From an uncultured Nitrospiraceae bacterium (lineage in GTDB: Bacteria; Nitrospirota; Nitrospiria; Nitrospirales; Nitrospiraceae): a DNA stretch of 64,000 nt. Under the pieces are notes generated by a model, which did no database searches, was not told the DNA's origin, and saw only the letters and a program-made list of their open reading frames with translations. The DNA is taken from positions 2,400,001 through 2,464,000 of the forward strand of contig CAWJWJ010000002.1 in NCBI GenBank assembly GCA_963846575.1. Direction: 5' to 3'. Below, piece after piece: positions 50,297-61,183 of this stretch. The first letter of the stretch is position 1. Each line of letters begins with the position of its first letter. The position numbers were made by a program, and so were the translations under genes.

Positions 50297-50482
50297 CTAC
50301 CGGCGAACTGTTTCCTCATCCATGTGCTCTTCAACGGACACTTGGGTCAAGGTTCCGCGATAGTCACATTTATGGCAGCGGATCCTAAATTCCTCAATCC
50401 ATTTTTCCTGCACATACGATTGCCTGCATTTCGGGCACACAAAAACGCCTCTCATATAGAGCACGCGCCGAGTTTCCTTCAT
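50297..50482 (-). CDS. Small zinc-ribbon-like protein
   Basis: RBS GAGGAGG; CPKC and CHKC pairs. Confidence 0.7.
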   Translation of the reverse strand: MKETRRVLYMRGVFVCPKCRQSYVQEKWIEEFRIRCHKCDYRGTLTQVSVEEHMDEETVRR

Positions 50483-50617
50483 CAACAACCTCCTCGCAGG
50501 TCAACAATGACCTGAGGATGGCATAGGCGCCGACGGAATTGCAAGACAGAGAAAACTACAGCATCGCCATGGCTTGCGTCAGCTTGACGACCCATCAAGA
50601 GCCCGTTAGGATGCGGC

Positions 50618-51130
50618 ATGTTCAGCGATCCTGCGCTCCCGTTTGAGAAGCGACCCGCCTCAGTCGCACGAGCTTTCATGACGCTCTCTCTCTGGGTAAT
50701 GGCACTGTGTCTCATGACGGAGTCATCTATGGCTGCCGACCCTCCACCGGAAACTGTTATTATGGTGAAGACGCCGCAAGGCACATTAATCCAAGCCGAA
50801 CTTGCGGATACGGCACTCAAACGTGCCCAGGGTCTGATGTTCCGAGAAAAACTCCCGGACGATCGCGGCATGTTGTTCATTTTTGGGGATGCTCAACCTT
50901 GGACATTTTGGATGAAAAACACCAAGATACCGCTGGATATAATCTGGATGGATGGGAAAAAAACCATCGTCCATATTGAGCGTAACGTCCCCATTTGTAC
51001 GAGACACGACGATGGTTGTCCGCAATACCGTTCGGAGGAAGGCGCGGTATATGTCCTAGAACTCGGCGCAGGCAGGGCTGAGGCGCTCCACCTGCAGCGA
51101 GGCATGCGGCTGAGCTTTAAGCAGCCCTAA
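50618..51130 (+). CDS. DUF192 family protein (start may be 50678)
   Basis: RAQGLMFR, GMLFIF, FWMKNTKIPLDI, YVLEL. Confidence 0.9.
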   Translation: MFSDPALPFEKRPASVARAFMTLSLWVMALCLMTESSMAADPPPETVIMVKTPQGTLIQAELADTALKRAQGLMFREKLPDDRGMLFIFGDAQPWTFWMKNTKIPLDIIWMDGKKTIVHIERNVPICTRHDDGCPQYRSEEGAVYVLELGAGRAEALHLQRGMRLSFKQP

Positions 51131-51143
51131 CCGAGTTTTGCCA

Positions 51144-52658
51144 TCAGAGCCGAGATTTACGGCCACCCCAAAAAAAATTCTGAATGCGTTCGATGAGGGG
51201 GCGCGTGTGGGTCACTGTCGAGAGCCCCGCCGCGTCTTTACATAATTGAGTCTTAGCTGCTGCCGTCGCTGCCTGGCGTTTGGCCACGACTTCGCCGATC
51301 CGCTCCAGTAACCGTCGATCGTCCTGCACTACTCGCATCAAAGCATTTTTACTCACGGCAATGACCAACAATTCGGTTACCGCCAACACCGTGGCCGACC
51401 TCGGTTCACCTGTCAGCAAGGACATCTCGCCAAAAAAATGCCCGGCCTTCAGCGTCGTCACGATAGAAGAGAGCCCTCCCTGCTGTAATCGCACGTCAGC
51501 GGTTCCTGAAGCGATGACATAAAGCGCCTCGCCAGACTCACCTTGACGCACGACCTGCTCGCCGGGCAAGTAAGACTCCCATCGCGCTTCCTGGGCAAGC
51601 AGCTCGATTTGCTTCGTGTCCAGCATCGCAAGAAAATCGACCGCCGCCAACTGAGCGACGATCTCCTCGACAGTCCGCGTCTTCGGTGCACCCTCCGCAT
51701 CCACGTCCTTACGAACCACCCGCTGCGGGAACGGAATTTCGATGGCCTTTCTGGCAAAGGCGTGCCAGATGTACGTTCGCATCGTGCTCTCGATCACGTC
51801 GCGTTGGGCAAAATCTCCGATAGGAAACTTGATCCGATACTGAATGCCCGATTCATTGAATGCCGTCACCAGGGCAGTGGGCTTGGGCTCCGGCAGTACC
51901 CCTGATACAGCGGAGGCTGCAGCGAGCAGCGTCGCGCAGACCTGCTCCGGGGGCGTGCGATAGGCCGCCTCAACAAACACATTGCAAAAATGAGTCGTCG
52001 TCGGCCGGCTGAAATTTGTCACACCGCTCTGAATCACCAAATCATTCGCCAACGACACGCAATCATGGGTGCGAGTGTGGAGTGTGACATGTTCCATTCC
52101 GATGTGTGCCACCATGCCTTCTCGATCGAGCACGGTGATCCAGTCGCCCACCTTGACGATCTTTCCCAATTCGATGCCGGCAAAAAATCGCGTCAGCGTA
52201 TCCTTCAACGCGACGCCCACCATCGCTGCCGCCACAGTGGGCAACGCGACCAGCGCCACCAGATTTACCCCGGTGACCAGCCACAGAATCAGCACCCCCG
52301 CCGCCACGACCTCCGCGCCGATCAGAAGATGCCGGACAACGTCGGGGATATAGCGGTTCCCTCGTCCGATTAACCATTCGCCGATCACCAGAACATCGAG
52401 AATCGTGAAAAGGAAAAAAGACGCGCCGAGCCATGCCACAACATCCAGTCCAGACTGAATCAGGGTTGGAGCCTGACTCGCTAGACCGCTACGCGCGGCC
52501 AGTGCCGCGAGGACAAGGAACAGGCTTGCGCCGCCAGCGTAGAATGGCAGGGAGGGTACCGGGCGACCGCGCCGGGAAAAGAGGACGTTCAACCCGATCA
52601 ACATCGCAGCCACGACGACGATCGCGACTGCCATGCCGGCCAGAATCGTGAGATTCAT
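51144..52658 (-). CDS. MscS-family channel with a cyclic-nucleotide-binding domain
   Basis: TM region, VKVGDWI, C-terminal FFGEMSLLTGEPRSATV. Confidence 0.88.
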   Translation of the reverse strand: MNLTILAGMAVAIVVVAAMLIGLNVLFSRRGRPVPSLPFYAGGASLFLVLAALAARSGLASQAPTLIQSGLDVVAWLGASFFLFTILDVLVIGEWLIGRGNRYIPDVVRHLLIGAEVVAAGVLILWLVTGVNLVALVALPTVAAAMVGVALKDTLTRFFAGIELGKIVKVGDWITVLDREGMVAHIGMEHVTLHTRTHDCVSLANDLVIQSGVTNFSRPTTTHFCNVFVEAAYRTPPEQVCATLLAAASAVSGVLPEPKPTALVTAFNESGIQYRIKFPIGDFAQRDVIESTMRTYIWHAFARKAIEIPFPQRVVRKDVDAEGAPKTRTVEEIVAQLAAVDFLAMLDTKQIELLAQEARWESYLPGEQVVRQGESGEALYVIASGTADVRLQQGGLSSIVTTLKAGHFFGEMSLLTGEPRSATVLAVTELLVIAVSKNALMRVVQDDRRLLERIGEVVAKRQAATAAAKTQLCKDAAGLSTVTHTRPLIERIQNFFWGGRKSRL

Positions 52659-52706
52659 ATGCCGATCACCGGACCTGATGGGGAGCACATGCGAACACGT
52701 CTCTGA

Positions 52707-54890
52707 TTAGGGCCGTTCCTGCCATGAGCGAACCCGACGCACGGTAATCACGCCATCAACCTTCTCAATGGCCTTCAGGACCCGCCCCACATGTGCGGTG
52801 TCCAGGACTTCCACGATGAAGTCCAACATCGCCTTTCGATCCTCTCGGGTCGTAATTTCAGCGCGGCTGATGTTGGCTTGGCATTCCGAAATGGCCGTCG
52901 AGACATGCGCCAGCACGCCGGTCTTGTCCACCGCAATGACCGAGATCTTTACGGCATGGGTGCTGGGGGTGGAGTGATCCCATTCCACCTCGACTAGCCT
53001 GTTTTTGTCGTAATCCAACGCTTCCAAATTTGGACAATCAACGGTATGGATTGTGAGCCCGCGACCGCGGGTAATGTAGCCCAAAATACGATCACCCGGC
53101 ACGGGGTTGCAGCAGCGCGACAACTGCATCAAGAGATCCCGTGCACCCTTCACCTGTACCCCCGTGTCGTCCGTTCGGCCGGGTGGTGTTTTTGGTATCG
53201 CGGGTATTTCAGGAACCACGGCAGGGCTTGGCGCCGGCACCGCGGGAACAAGCTTGCTCATCACCTGAGAGGTCGGGAGGTTCCCAAAGCCGACGGCCGC
53301 CGCCAGCTCGTCGGTCGTTTCATGCCCAGCCTGCTTGGCCACCGCGAGGAGTTGATCCGAGCGCAACATTTGAGCCGGCGCCAGGCCATGCCGGCGAAAC
53401 TCGGCTTCCAGCAGACGTTTGCCAATCTCGATGCTGCGGGCCTGCTCCTCAGCCTTGATCCAGTGCTTGATCTTGGTTTTCGCGCGGGACGTCCGCACGA
53501 ACTTCAACCAATCGCGGTGAGGTGTCTGGTTGGCCGCAGTCAGAATCTCCACCATATCCCCGCTCTCCATATTATGTTTCAGCGGGACAATCTTACCGTT
53601 GACCTTGGCCCCCACACAGTGGTCCCCGATCTCCGTATGAACGGAATACGCGAAATCCACCGGTGTGGAGCCTTTGGGGAGTTCCTTCACCATCCCTTGC
53701 GGGGTAAAGACATATACGACGTCATGGAAGAGGTCCAGCTTGACCGAATCCATGAACTGGCGATTGTCCGGCAGATCCTGATTCCACTCCATAAACTGCC
53801 GCAGCCAACTGAAGACTTTTCCATCTTTTTCATCGATGCGGCCATGTTCCTTGTATTTCCAATGCGCAGCAATGCCCTGCTCCGATACCCGGTGCATCTC
53901 CTCCGTCCGGATCTGAAACTCCACATGCTCCCCTTTGGGACCCACGACAGTGGTATGCAGCGACTGATACAGGTTGGACTTGGGAATCGCGATGTAATCC
54001 TTAAACCGGCCGGGCAAAGGTCGCCATACCGAATGGATGACGCCCAGGAGGGCGTAACAGTTCATCTTGATGTCGGTAATGATGCGGAGCGCGGCAAGAT
54101 CGTACACCTCTTCGAAGGAAATCGACTGCTTTTCCATTTTTTGATAAATGCCATACAGGTGTTTTGGCCGGCCGGATACTTCACCCTGCAATCCCGCCTC
54201 TGCCATAGCCGCCTTCACCACGTCGATGACTTCCAGAATATATTGCTGCCGGTCATCATCCCGCTTCGCCACGCGAACCCGTAACGATTCATAGACGTCC
54301 GGCTTGAGATGCTTCAGACAAAGGTCTTCAAGTTCGTTTTTGATCCAGCCAATCCCCAGCCGGTTGGCAAGGGGAGCATAGATTTCCAGAGTTTCCTGGG
54401 CAATCTCCTGCCGTTTCTGCTCACTGAGGTATTCCAGGGTCCGCATGTTGTGCAGTCGGTCGGCGAGCTTGATCAATACCACACGAATGTCATCCGCCAT
54501 GGACAGCAGCATCTTGCGGAAATTCTCTGCCTGCTTTTCCTCATAATTCCGAAACGTAATCTTGCCGATCTTGGTCACACCATCAACTAAATGTACGACA
54601 TCCTTCCCGAATCGCTGCTCCAGTTCCATGGGCGTCGCCAGGGTATCTTCGAGCGTGTCGTGGAGTAGTCCGGCGACAATGGCCGTTACATCGGTCTTGA
54701 GATGCGTCAATAACCCGGCAACGGCAAGCGGATGCCGGAGGTAGGGTTCACCCGACCGTCGCGTCTGTCCTTCGTGGGCTTTAGCGGAAAAATCATATGC
54801 TCGACGCAGGAGATCCAGGTCGGCCTCGACGTTATAGCTTCTCACCCGCTCGATTAGCTCATCGAGCTCTGTTACCGTCTCGTGCGGCAT
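52707..54890 (-). CDS. rel: Bifunctional (p)ppGpp synthetase/hydrolase (RelA/SpoT homolog)
   Basis: LHDTLED HD motif, KLADRLHNMRTL, YQSLHT, TGS and ACT domains. Confidence 0.96.
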   Translation of the reverse strand: MPHETVTELDELIERVRSYNVEADLDLLRRAYDFSAKAHEGQTRRSGEPYLRHPLAVAGLLTHLKTDVTAIVAGLLHDTLEDTLATPMELEQRFGKDVVHLVDGVTKIGKITFRNYEEKQAENFRKMLLSMADDIRVVLIKLADRLHNMRTLEYLSEQKRQEIAQETLEIYAPLANRLGIGWIKNELEDLCLKHLKPDVYESLRVRVAKRDDDRQQYILEVIDVVKAAMAEAGLQGEVSGRPKHLYGIYQKMEKQSISFEEVYDLAALRIITDIKMNCYALLGVIHSVWRPLPGRFKDYIAIPKSNLYQSLHTTVVGPKGEHVEFQIRTEEMHRVSEQGIAAHWKYKEHGRIDEKDGKVFSWLRQFMEWNQDLPDNRQFMDSVKLDLFHDVVYVFTPQGMVKELPKGSTPVDFAYSVHTEIGDHCVGAKVNGKIVPLKHNMESGDMVEILTAANQTPHRDWLKFVRTSRAKTKIKHWIKAEEQARSIEIGKRLLEAEFRRHGLAPAQMLRSDQLLAVAKQAGHETTDELAAAVGFGNLPTSQVMSKLVPAVPAPSPAVVPEIPAIPKTPPGRTDDTGVQVKGARDLLMQLSRCCNPVPGDRILGYITRGRGLTIHTVDCPNLEALDYDKNRLVEVEWDHSTPSTHAVKISVIAVDKTGVLAHVSTAISECQANISRAEITTREDRKAMLDFIVEVLDTAHVGRVLKAIEKVDGVITVRRVRSWQERP

Positions 54891-54892
54891 GC

Positions 54893-56599
54893 TTATGATA
54901 CCTCACCACTCATACGCAGAGCCTTGATGCGCAGCTGCAAACGGTCTTGACCATTCCAATGATTGCGTTCCGGACTGAAGGCTAAATCAAGCGGGCGACC
55001 AGCCCTGAGCCCCAGATCTTCCAAGGATCCCATGCGAAACCCGATACTATCGAAAATATACGACCGGCCTTGCCGCACACGAAGCTTGAGATGATTCTCA
55101 CCGACTACTCGAGCGTCGATCACATCCAGGCCCCGGATGGCCAGGGTTGGTTCTGGGTTGCCGGCTCCGAAGGGATGCAGGGATTCAAATTCCTGGATCA
55201 ATCCAAGATTGACGTCCGTGAGCCGCACCTCAGCATCCACGTGTAACGTCGGGACAGCGCGAGAGGCAGTGGTCCATTGGGCGACCACCTCGCAAAATCT
55301 GCGCCGAAACTGCTCGAGATTTGATTCCTTGATGGTCAAACCCGCAGCGCTTGGATGGCCTCCGAATGCCTCCAGAAGATCCCGGCAGGCAGACAAACCC
55401 TGGTACAGATCGAATCCGTCTACTGTTCGAGCCGACCCCTTCCCCATCCCCTCACCGTCCACGGCGATGACGATGCTCGGACGATGGAACCGATCCACCA
55501 ACCGGGCAGCAACAATCCCGACGACCCCCAGATGCCAGTTGCGGGAACCCAGTACAATTGCGGTCGTGAGGCTGTCTGCAGTCAGGAATCCAGTCGCCTC
55601 ACTGGTAATCTCGGCTTCGATTTGCTGGCGCTGCCGATTGAACTGCTCTAATTGTTCAGCTATCTGCATGGCCTCCTGGTCAGATTCAGTCGTCAAGAGC
55701 CGCACACAGGACATCGCATGGTCTAGGCGCCCCGCCGCATTCAAACGTGGGCCAAGGCGAAAACCGATGGTTTCACTCGTACAGGGCTTCGTGATGCCGG
55801 CCACATGCTTCAGTGCGCGAACACCGCAGCGGTCTCCCCGGGTCAGCTGCATAAGTCCTTCGCGAACAAGAAGGCGGTTTTCATCCTGAAGGGGCACGAT
55901 GTCTGCCACCGTCGCCAACGCCACGAGGTCCAAGCAAGATTCCGGGTCCACATCACCGGATCCGTATCGCTGCTGGTAGGCCGATACCACTTTGTAAGCG
56001 AGACCAGCCGAACAGAGTCCCTTGAAAGGATAGATGGCGTCACACCGGTGGGGATTCAACACCGCCAGCGCTGAGGGCATCGTGGCATCGGTCTGGTGGT
56101 GGTCTGTAACCACTACATCCATGCCGAGTTGGGTCGCGACCGCAATTTCATGGTGCGACGTGGTCCCGCAATCGGAGGTCACCAACAGCGTAATGCCTTC
56201 TTGCGCCAGTTGTCGAATCGCCCTCTCATTCAATCCGTAGCCTTCTCGTAGACGGTGCGGAATATAGCCCTGAGCCGTTCCGCCCAAACCACGATAGAAC
56301 GACAAATAGAGACTGGTGGCTGAGATTCCATCGACATCGTAGTCTCCATAGAAACAGACACGCTCCTGCCGAGACAGGGCCTGGTGCAGGCGCTCGACCG
56401 CTCGCTCCATATCGGGAATCAGGAAAGGATCGTGGAGATGGTCCCGAGTCGTAGACAACCATCGGCTCGCCTCGACGGCAGTCGTCACACCCCTGGCCAC
56501 CAGGACCGATGCTGTGACGGATGAGATCGACAGGAGGCGCGACAAATTATTCTGTAGCGAGACATCCGACGGTCGGAACACCCACAGTCTTTCCTGCAT
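54893..56599 (-). CDS. recJ: Single-stranded DNA exonuclease RecJ
   Basis: GDYDVDG, DCG, TDHH, GPRLNAAGRL, FGGHPSAAG, PFGAGNPEP. Confidence 0.96.
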   Translation of the reverse strand: MQERLWVFRPSDVSLQNNLSRLLSISSVTASVLVARGVTTAVEASRWLSTTRDHLHDPFLIPDMERAVERLHQALSRQERVCFYGDYDVDGISATSLYLSFYRGLGGTAQGYIPHRLREGYGLNERAIRQLAQEGITLLVTSDCGTTSHHEIAVATQLGMDVVVTDHHQTDATMPSALAVLNPHRCDAIYPFKGLCSAGLAYKVVSAYQQRYGSGDVDPESCLDLVALATVADIVPLQDENRLLVREGLMQLTRGDRCGVRALKHVAGITKPCTSETIGFRLGPRLNAAGRLDHAMSCVRLLTTESDQEAMQIAEQLEQFNRQRQQIEAEITSEATGFLTADSLTTAIVLGSRNWHLGVVGIVAARLVDRFHRPSIVIAVDGEGMGKGSARTVDGFDLYQGLSACRDLLEAFGGHPSAAGLTIKESNLEQFRRRFCEVVAQWTTASRAVPTLHVDAEVRLTDVNLGLIQEFESLHPFGAGNPEPTLAIRGLDVIDARVVGENHLKLRVRQGRSYIFDSIGFRMGSLEDLGLRAGRPLDLAFSPERNHWNGQDRLQLRIKALRMSGEVS

Positions 56600-56651
56600 G
56601 AAGCCTCTATTTCTATCTGAAATATTCGGAAGTTACTGAGAAGTAAGGGGA

Positions 56652-56680
56652 ATGGTATCGACTCACCCCACCTTTGTCAA
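56652..56680 (-). promoter_or_regulatory. Sigma70 promoter of recJ-rel
   Basis: TTGACA-17 bp-TACCAT. Confidence 0.62.
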
Positions 56681-56802
56681 ACGAGACCCCGTCTCGATTG
56701 AAGCGAGCATACGACAGGAATCCTATTCCGGTGGTGGACTGGATGAAACTTAAGACAAAAGGAAGGAGTTGTCCGCTAGCGCCCAATAAAAAAAGGAGGA
56801 GA

Positions 56803-57000
56803 CTATTCCCCTCCTTTTTGTACGTAGTTTTTGACGAACTCTTCGGCATTTTTTTCGAGCACGTCGTCGATTTCATCAACCAGTTTGTCGATGTCCTCTT
56901 TCATCTTTTTCCCGGACTCGACAACCTTGGGATTCGGCTTGACCTCTTCCTTGCTCTGGGATTCTTTCCTGGATTCCGGTCTCCTCTCCTGTTTCTCCAT
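56803..57000 (-). CDS. pup: Prokaryotic ubiquitin-like protein Pup (GGE type)
   Basis: LVDEIDDVLEKNAEEFVKNYVQKGGE C-terminus; charged, likely disordered N-terminus; RBS GGAGG. Confidence 0.9.
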   Translation of the reverse strand: MEKQERRPESRKESQSKEEVKPNPKVVESGKKMKEDIDKLVDEIDDVLEKNAEEFVKNYVQKGGE

Positions 57001-57111
57001 CGGAGCACCTCCAGTCAGTCAGATACTGTCCAGGTCAACGATATAGTGTCACCTTACTCCAGGGCCGTCGAACCCGTCAAGCCGAACGCCATCAAAATGA
57101 AACGGGACCGG

Positions 57112-59176
57112 CTATTTCACAATCAGAGACACAATAAGAAGCGCCACGATGTTGATGACCTTGATCATCGGATTGATCGCCGGACCGGCCGTGTCCTTGT
57201 AAGGATCACCGACCGTATCACCCGTGACGGCCGCCTTGTGTGTATCGGTTCCCTTTAACCCCTGCTCTTCAATGTACTTTTTGGCATTATCCCACGCACC
57301 GCCGCCACTCGTCATGGAAATCGCGACGAACAAGCCCGTCACGATACTGCCGACTAGCACCCCGCCGAGTGCCTGCGGGCCAAGAACCACACCAACCAGA
57401 ATCGGAGCGAGCACGGGGATCAGCCCGGGAATCATCATTTTCTTGAATGGCCGCCTGGGTCACAATGTCCACGCAGGTTCCGTACTCAGGCTTTCCAGTC
57501 CCTTCCATGATGCCCTTGATGGTACGAAACTGCCGCCGCACTTCCTCGACCACCAGGCCGGCCGCCTGCCCGACCGCCTTCATGCAGAGCGCACCAAAGA
57601 TAAAGGGCAACATGCCACCAAGGAACAGCCCAACCAGTACCGATGGATTGGAGAGATCAAACGCGCTCGAGGTGCCTGGAGAACTCCCTTTTGCCACTTC
57701 GCGGGCAAATTCGGCAAATAAAACCACTGCCGCGAGTGCAGCCGACCCGATCGCGTACCCTTTGGTGACGGCCTTCGTCGTATTCCCGACCGCATCGAGC
57801 GGATCCGTGATGTCACGCACTTCCTTACCCAAGTGCGCCATTTCGGCGATTCCCCCGGCATTGTCAGTAATCGGGCCGAAGGCATCGATGGCTACCACGA
57901 TCCCTGCCATGGAGAGCATCGACACTGCTGCCACCGCCACCCCGTAAAGCCCGCCCGACTCCGCTCCGCCACAGATCCAGTAGCTGCCGAGAATCGCCGC
58001 GCCGATGACGAGCACCGGAGCGGACGTCGACTGCATGCCCACCGCCAGACCGGCAATAATGTTGGTCGCATGACCCGTTTCACTGGCCTTGGCAATATCC
58101 TTGACCGGCGCATATTCTTTGGACGTGTAGTAGTCGGTAATGAATACCAATGCGAGCGTCACTCCCAGCCCCATCAATGCCGCCAGGTAATAGCTAATTC
58201 CACTGACGCCACCGACATTGTCCATGATTTTCGTCGTAATCGGGAAGAAGGCCAGGGCTGCCAGGCCACCAGCCACAAACAGTCCCTTGTACAAGGCCGG
58301 CATGATTTCCCCGCCAGGGCTGACCTTCACAAATAGAATGCCGATAATCGTCGCGAAGATCGTTACCCCACCCAGCGCGAGCGGATACAGGATCGGCGCG
58401 CTCACACCCTTGAAGAGGGTGAATGCCAGCACCATCGCTGCTACTGTGGTGACTGCATAGGTCTCGAAGAGGTCCGCCGCCATACCCGCGCAATCGCCCA
58501 CATTATCACCCACATTGTCTGCGATGACTGCGGGATTTCGAGGATCGTCTTCCGGTATCCCAGCTTCGACCTTGCCGACCAAGTCCGCGCCCACGTCTGC
58601 GGCCTTCGTGTAGATGCCGCCGCCTACACGCGCAAACACCGAAATCAAGCTGCCGCCGAAGCCGAGGCTGAGCAAGGCATGGATCGCTTTTTCCTGTCCC
58701 GCGAATTGAGCGGCCAGGGTGTAGAAGCCTGTAATGGCCAGTAGTCCCAACCCGATCAATAGTAAGCCGGTCACCGCACCGCCCCGGAAGGCGACGGTCA
58801 AGGCCGCGTTCAGGCCGTTGTGCGCGGCTTGCGCCGTTCGCACGTTCGCCCGAACCGCGATGATCATACCCACATAACCTGCAAGGGCTGAAGCACCGGC
58901 TCCGATCAAGAAACCAAGGGCGGTCAGCATCCCGAACTTATCTGAAAACGCGCCTGCCCCCCACAACAGGACGAACAATATCACTGCCACCACGCCGACA
59001 GTCCGATACTGCCGGTTCATATAGGCGCTGGCCCCTTCTTGAATGGCCTTGGCAATCTCCTGCATCTTCGCGTTACCTGCATCCAACTTGAAGACCCACA
59101 TGGCGAGATAGAGACCATAGGCAATACCGGCTACGGCTGCAATCAGAGCAAAGGTCACAATCGCTGAGTCGCTCAC
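57112..59176 (-). CDS. hppA: Membrane-bound H+-translocating pyrophosphatase; one +1 frameshift near 57444
   Basis: [26 protein letters not shown]. The C-terminal GGAWDNAKK and [10 protein letters not shown] motifs are in the second ORF, 57112-57438. Confidence 0.93.
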
Positions 59177-59279
59177 AGTGTTCTCCTCCTGTTAACAGAA
59201 TGGTGAAACTGAGAATCCAGCTGAACCATCTCGTGAAATACCCCGCCTCCCGAACGCTAACTAGCTGAAAATTCGCGTC

Positions 59280-59308
59280 ATTCTATAGATGTGCTACGGA
59301 CGGATCAA
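59280..59308 (-). promoter_or_regulatory. Sigma70 promoter of hppA
   Basis: TTGATC-17 bp-TAGAAT. Confidence 0.55.
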
Positions 59309-59546
59309 GGTGAAAGTGCGTAGTCGACCACCCTCGCATCATCTTGATCCACTTACCGCGACACATCCGTGTGTGGACAATGTCCTGATCCATACGAGGG
59401 CGTCGACTGATCAGCAGGATACATTCACCTGCTTATGGTATTCGTGGATTCTAAACGAAGCCCGGTCCGTTCCCCAAAGGGGGCATTCCGAAGTTTGCGG
59501 AGCGGAGGGGACTTTGTTATAGTGCGCCCGGACTGAGGAGGAATCG

Positions 59547-59801
59547 ATGGGACTTGCGCCGGACTATATCCTGGTGGATCAGCAAAAATTCAGCAAGGTC
59601 AGGTTGTCGCTCGACAATCACGTGTACAAGAATTGCGAGATGGACGACTGTGACATTTATTACAGCGGCGGACAATATGAGTTGATCGATACCCATATCA
59701 CGAACTCGCGGCTTATCCTCAACCACCCTGCCAAGAGCATCTACAGTGCAATTCAAATTTTCAAGATGAAATCCCCTGGATCCCGCGTCGTCTCCGAGTA
59801 A
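59547..59801 (+). CDS. Hypothetical protein (84 aa)
   Basis: Strong RBS GAGGAGG; LDNHVYKNCEMDDCDIYYSGG suggests short beta repeats. Confidence 0.75.
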   Translation: MGLAPDYILVDQQKFSKVRLSLDNHVYKNCEMDDCDIYYSGGQYELIDTHITNSRLILNHPAKSIYSAIQIFKMKSPGSRVVSE

Positions 59802-59879
59802 AACCCTTCGCATCACGCAACGTGAGGGTGCCTCCTCCGGTCAGGCACCGCGTCCGTGCATGACGCGTCACACAGGGCG

Positions 59880-61136
59880 TCACTTCGAGATGGGAATATT
59901 TTCGGTGAACTTGACGATAGGGATGGATTGAAACACGGCGTCTTGCGCACCTTTGGGAGACTCGGCCTCGATCCGCTGCATGAATGCGGCCGGACCTGTC
60001 ACGGGAGCGTAACTCAGGGTAGCCTCGACGTCGAAGGTCCTTGTATCTTTTGGCGTGGGAAACGAAAAGGTTTCAATCCGCTTTTCCTCCGGCTTGAGGA
60101 TTGTTTCGTCAAGAACCTTGACAGCCTCAAAATCGAACACGGTTTTTTGCCCCTTTGCATCCGCGTAAGTCCGTCCATACACGCGCTTATCGCTAAAAAC
60201 CGTCCTGAGATTCTTACCTTTTACTTCCAAGCCTAACACGACACTCGCCCAGCCGGGATGCGTCGTCGGCAGATTGTGAGGCACCAGGCTCTGCACCGCT
60301 ACGGTCACAGTGGTCTTTTCTCCCTCGATCTTCGTCGAGACCTCGAGCTTGGCTGCTTCCTGCCTGAGCTGACCAATCCTCCCCGGAAACGTATGGTTGG
60401 CCACCTTTCGCTTGGCTTCCCCATTGGCAGATTCCCCAACCTGTTCCGGCATATGACATGTCTGGCATTCTTTTCCTGCCTTCACTGATTTACTCTGATC
60501 CCAGTTACCCAAAAGATCGTTGCTCTTTCCCAACTCCGCCGCCGCCGGCACCACCTGGTGACAATTCAGACAGAGATCCGACTTCCGGAAGAGGCCAAGA
60601 TCCATCGATTGATGAGCGAGGTTTTGTGCAAAGTCCTTATATGGCCCGTACATAATCTTACTTCCGAGATCGTACGTGGGTTCCGGTGGCTGCTTCGTCC
60701 GATCTACCTGCTTGATGAGGTGACATTGTACGCAGGCCACACCGTCCAACGACGGGTCGCCGGACTGAGCTTGGGTCACAAACAATTGGACATGATCGGC
60801 AAACTCGCGTACATGCGGAGCATGACACCGAAAGCACATCGCTTTATCTTTGCCGGAGGAGGAATTGAGATAGGCATCGAGCGCGGCCCGGAAGGTCGGC
60901 GTATGAATCGATTTCGAAAGCGGCGAAGTTTCCCATTCTTCAAAGACTCGCTCATGACAACGCTTGCACTTGCTGGAACTGGGAAAGGCTTTCTCGATGG
61001 TTGCCTGAGCTTTGGCATCCTGTGCAAGCGCCTGCTGCACACCGTAGCTTGCCAGGGCCACAGCAAGCAATACTGCACCGATTACAATCCTCTGTCGGAA
61101 CCCTCGTCGATTCTTCACCGTTGGCATATCCTCCAC
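59880..61136 (-). CDS. Exported pentaheme c-type cytochrome
   Basis: Signal peptide; CKRCH, CFRCH, CVQCH, CLNCH, CQTCH. Confidence 0.88.
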   Translation of the reverse strand: MEDMPTVKNRRGFRQRIVIGAVLLAVALASYGVQQALAQDAKAQATIEKAFPSSSKCKRCHERVFEEWETSPLSKSIHTPTFRAALDAYLNSSSGKDKAMCFRCHAPHVREFADHVQLFVTQAQSGDPSLDGVACVQCHLIKQVDRTKQPPEPTYDLGSKIMYGPYKDFAQNLAHQSMDLGLFRKSDLCLNCHQVVPAAAELGKSNDLLGNWDQSKSVKAGKECQTCHMPEQVGESANGEAKRKVANHTFPGRIGQLRQEAAKLEVSTKIEGEKTTVTVAVQSLVPHNLPTTHPGWASVVLGLEVKGKNLRTVFSDKRVYGRTYADAKGQKTVFDFEAVKVLDETILKPEEKRIETFSFPTPKDTRTFDVEATLSYAPVTGPAAFMQRIEAESPKGAQDAVFQSIPIVKFTENIPISK

Positions 61137-61183
61137 ACATCGTGCGTCCCTCGGTACCGTGCGCTCACCATCAACACGGCGCC

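Noticed and set aside
56803..57000. UBact instead of Pup
   Set aside because: The C-terminus YVQKGGE with DEIDDVLE is the Pup pattern; UBact typically ends in R-[T/S]-G-[E/Q].
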